Of a stretch of 32,000 nucleotides of DNA, positions 30,414 to 32,000 are shown in pieces. A program made the position numbers and the translations under genes. Source of the DNA: Escherichia coli (GTDB taxonomy: Bacteria; Pseudomonadota; Gammaproteobacteria; Enterobacterales; Enterobacteriaceae); the NCBI RefSeq assembly GCF_045278745.1, contig NZ_CP133811.1; one strand, given 5' to 3'. Each line of letters starts with the position of its first letter. Position 1 is the stretch's first letter. The notes beneath the pieces were generated by a model that worked only from the letters and a program-made list of their open reading frames with translations, did no database searches and was not told the origin of the DNA.

Positions 30414-30606
30414 CTTCTTTGAATAACCGCTTTTGGACGAATATCCTTTGTGGTGTGCAAGTTGTCAGTCTAAAAGCGTTTTGCGTCGGGCGACACGATC
30501 AGTACAGTCTCCAAGTTTTCTTACCATGGTATTTTGTATGGTATCGACATGCAGATATAATGCTATTTTATTGATTTTATAGTGTTTTAAGACAGCATTG
30601 ATCATC

Positions 30607-30618
30607 GAGTGGGAATGA
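30607..30618 (+). repeat. attR-like core, copy 3 (probably original chromosomal guaA terminal sequence)
   Basis: GAGTGGGAATGA, one difference from copies 1 and 2. Confidence 0.8.
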
Positions 30619-30644
30619 TTTTAATCCCTGCACTATGAATGAAC

Positions 30645-30674
30645 AAAACCCTCTATTACTACAGAGGGTTTTTT
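30645..30674 (+). terminator. Probable original guaA terminator displaced by the insertion
   Basis: AAAACCCTCT-attactac-AGAGGGTTTT with T-run. Confidence 0.75.
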
Positions 30675-30712
30675 ATCTTCAAGAATCATAGGCTTGAAGT
30701 TACTAACATCGA

Positions 30713-31252
30713 TTAATTAAACCAGCTGTCCGATTTGTTCTCTTCTGCTTTGCCCACGCTTTTCATCAGATCGCGACCGCCTTCAGTCATATTTCTGTTG
30801 GCGTCAGCTTCAGATTGCACCACATCGGTTTGCGCAGCTTTGTGCTTCAGTTCCTGATCGATAAATTCGTTTTCTCGCTTAACGCGGGCTTCTTCTTTTG
30901 CCAGCGCCAGTTTTTGTTTCTGAATCTCTAAGCTGCGTAGCTCATCTTCATAACTTTGATCGCGTTTTTTGTCCGCAGAGGCTTCGGCGTCCAGTTTATC
31001 CTGACGAGCTTTCTTATTTGCTGCTGCCGTTGCCGCTCTTTTGTTAGCGGCGGCCTGGGCATTTGCGCGACGTTGCTTCTCTTGCTGGATTTCCCTGTTG
31101 CGCTCCGCGACCCATTCATCATGCTGCTTTTGCTCTTCATTTTTACCTTGCTGTTCCGCTTCTGCGACAGCCGAGAGTTGATCCTGCAATGATGAGGCGA
31201 TAGCCGGATAGCTTAAGGAGGCCAAGATGGCGCAAAGAAAAACTTTCTTCAT
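30713..31252 (-). CDS. yfgI: YfgI family protein
   Basis: 179 aa MKKVFLCAILASLSYPAIASSLQDQL..., native E. coli neighbour of guaA. Confidence 0.88.
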   Translation of the reverse strand: MKKVFLCAILASLSYPAIASSLQDQLSAVAEAEQQGKNEEQKQHDEWVAERNREIQQEKQRRANAQAAANKRAATAAANKKARQDKLDAEASADKKRDQSYEDELRSLEIQKQKLALAKEEARVKRENEFIDQELKHKAAQTDVVQSEADANRNMTEGGRDLMKSVGKAEENKSDSWFN

Positions 31253-31267
31253 GACTCCTCCTGATTA

Positions 31268-31783
31268 TTAGCTCTTTTCAGGACATTTGGTATTTGGCTG
31301 AATACGCGTTTCGTTATACGTCGTGGTAATAACAACGGCTAAACCTGTCGTAAACTGGCACTCTTTACCCACCTGGGTGGAGGTATACACTTTGGTGCCT
31401 TCCTTATACGTTAAAGAAACACCTTCCACTAAGGTTTTATCATTCACCATAGAACCCGCTGCCGCGCCTACAGCTCCGCCGCCAACTGCCCCTGCCGTCG
31501 TTCCGGAATTGCTGCCAGAACCGACGTTGTGGCCGATAACACCGCCAGCGACTGCGCCAATAAGCGCGCCGAAGGCTTGTGCGTTCCGTTTATTTTGGGA
31601 GTTGTCTACGGCAACTTTTGCGGGAAGAATGGAAATAATATTAACGGTTTTAGTTTCTTGTTTGGTATTCAGTTGATCGGTTTGATAAACATCGGCGGCA
31701 TGATCGTCAGCATTTGACTGGCATCCTGCCAGAGTGAATGACGCTAACATTGCTACAGGCAGAAGACATTTTTTAAATTTCAT
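31268..31783 (-). CDS. yfgH: Outer membrane lipoprotein with glycine zipper, YfgH
   Basis: Lipobox LAGC, glycine-zipper GALIGAVAGGVIGHNVGSG...; ATG at 31783 (GTG at 31786 alternative). Confidence 0.88.
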   Translation of the reverse strand: MKFKKCLLPVAMLASFTLAGCQSNADDHAADVYQTDQLNTKQETKTVNIISILPAKVAVDNSQNKRNAQAFGALIGAVAGGVIGHNVGSGSNSGTTAGAVGGGAVGAAAGSMVNDKTLVEGVSLTYKEGTKVYTSTQVGKECQFTTGLAVVITTTYNETRIQPNTKCPEKS

Positions 31784-32000
31784 CACTATTCCTTGTTATA
31801 CACATTACGAAAAATAAGACATTTAAGATCATCAAAAGAGGAAAGTAAATGTATTGCGTATAAAGGGATAGATTAAATTTATTAAAATTCACGCAGGGAA
31901 TAATTTATAAAAATATATCATTACAACATATATATTAATTTTATATTTATTTCGCAGCCAAACAGGATAAACATCAGTCAGGATAAAGACGTAAAATTTA

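Larger units (their letters stand above)
26790..30618. mobile_element. Second guaA-3'-bounded unit, no integrase, DUF262 gene-pair cargo
   Basis: Bounded by GAGTGGGAGTGA (26790-26801) and GAGTGGGAATGA (30607-30618); no integrase ORF inside. Confidence 0.7.

Overview
The window is Escherichia/Shigella-type chromosome carrying an integrated accessory region. Core genes at the left are rodZ (partial), ispG, hisS, yfgM, bamB, der, yfgJ, xseA, guaB and guaA. Core genes at the right are yfgI and yfgH. The accessory region (about 11.84-30.61 kb) sits exactly at the 3' end of guaA. The guaA terminal 12-mer GAGTGGGARTGA, stop codon included, occurs three times: 11828-11839, 26790-26801 and 30607-30618. 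This suggests two adjacent units. Unit 1 (~15 kb) has a tyrosine integrase, an AlpA-type regulator, an iteron-associated replication initiator, a partial IncP-like trbJ-(K)-L cluster, decayed mobilization and antitoxin genes, a frameshifted serine resolvase, and a three-gene cargo. That cargo is a fused HSDR_N-like nuclease/N6-adenine methyltransferase, a specificity subunit, and a protein with a HEPN-like RNALLH motif. Unit 2 (~3.8 kb) has no integrase and carries only two overlapping DUF262-type genes; the second ends in a DUF1524/HNH-like region. The most interesting candidates are the M/R-S-HEPN-like module, the integrase-less DUF262 pair bounded by att-like repeats, the trbJ/K/L cassette without the rest of a T4SS, and several iteron-like arrays. 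The integrase/alpA/rep/trb/resolvase backbone in guaA recalls GIsul2-type islands from general knowledge; no database search was possible.
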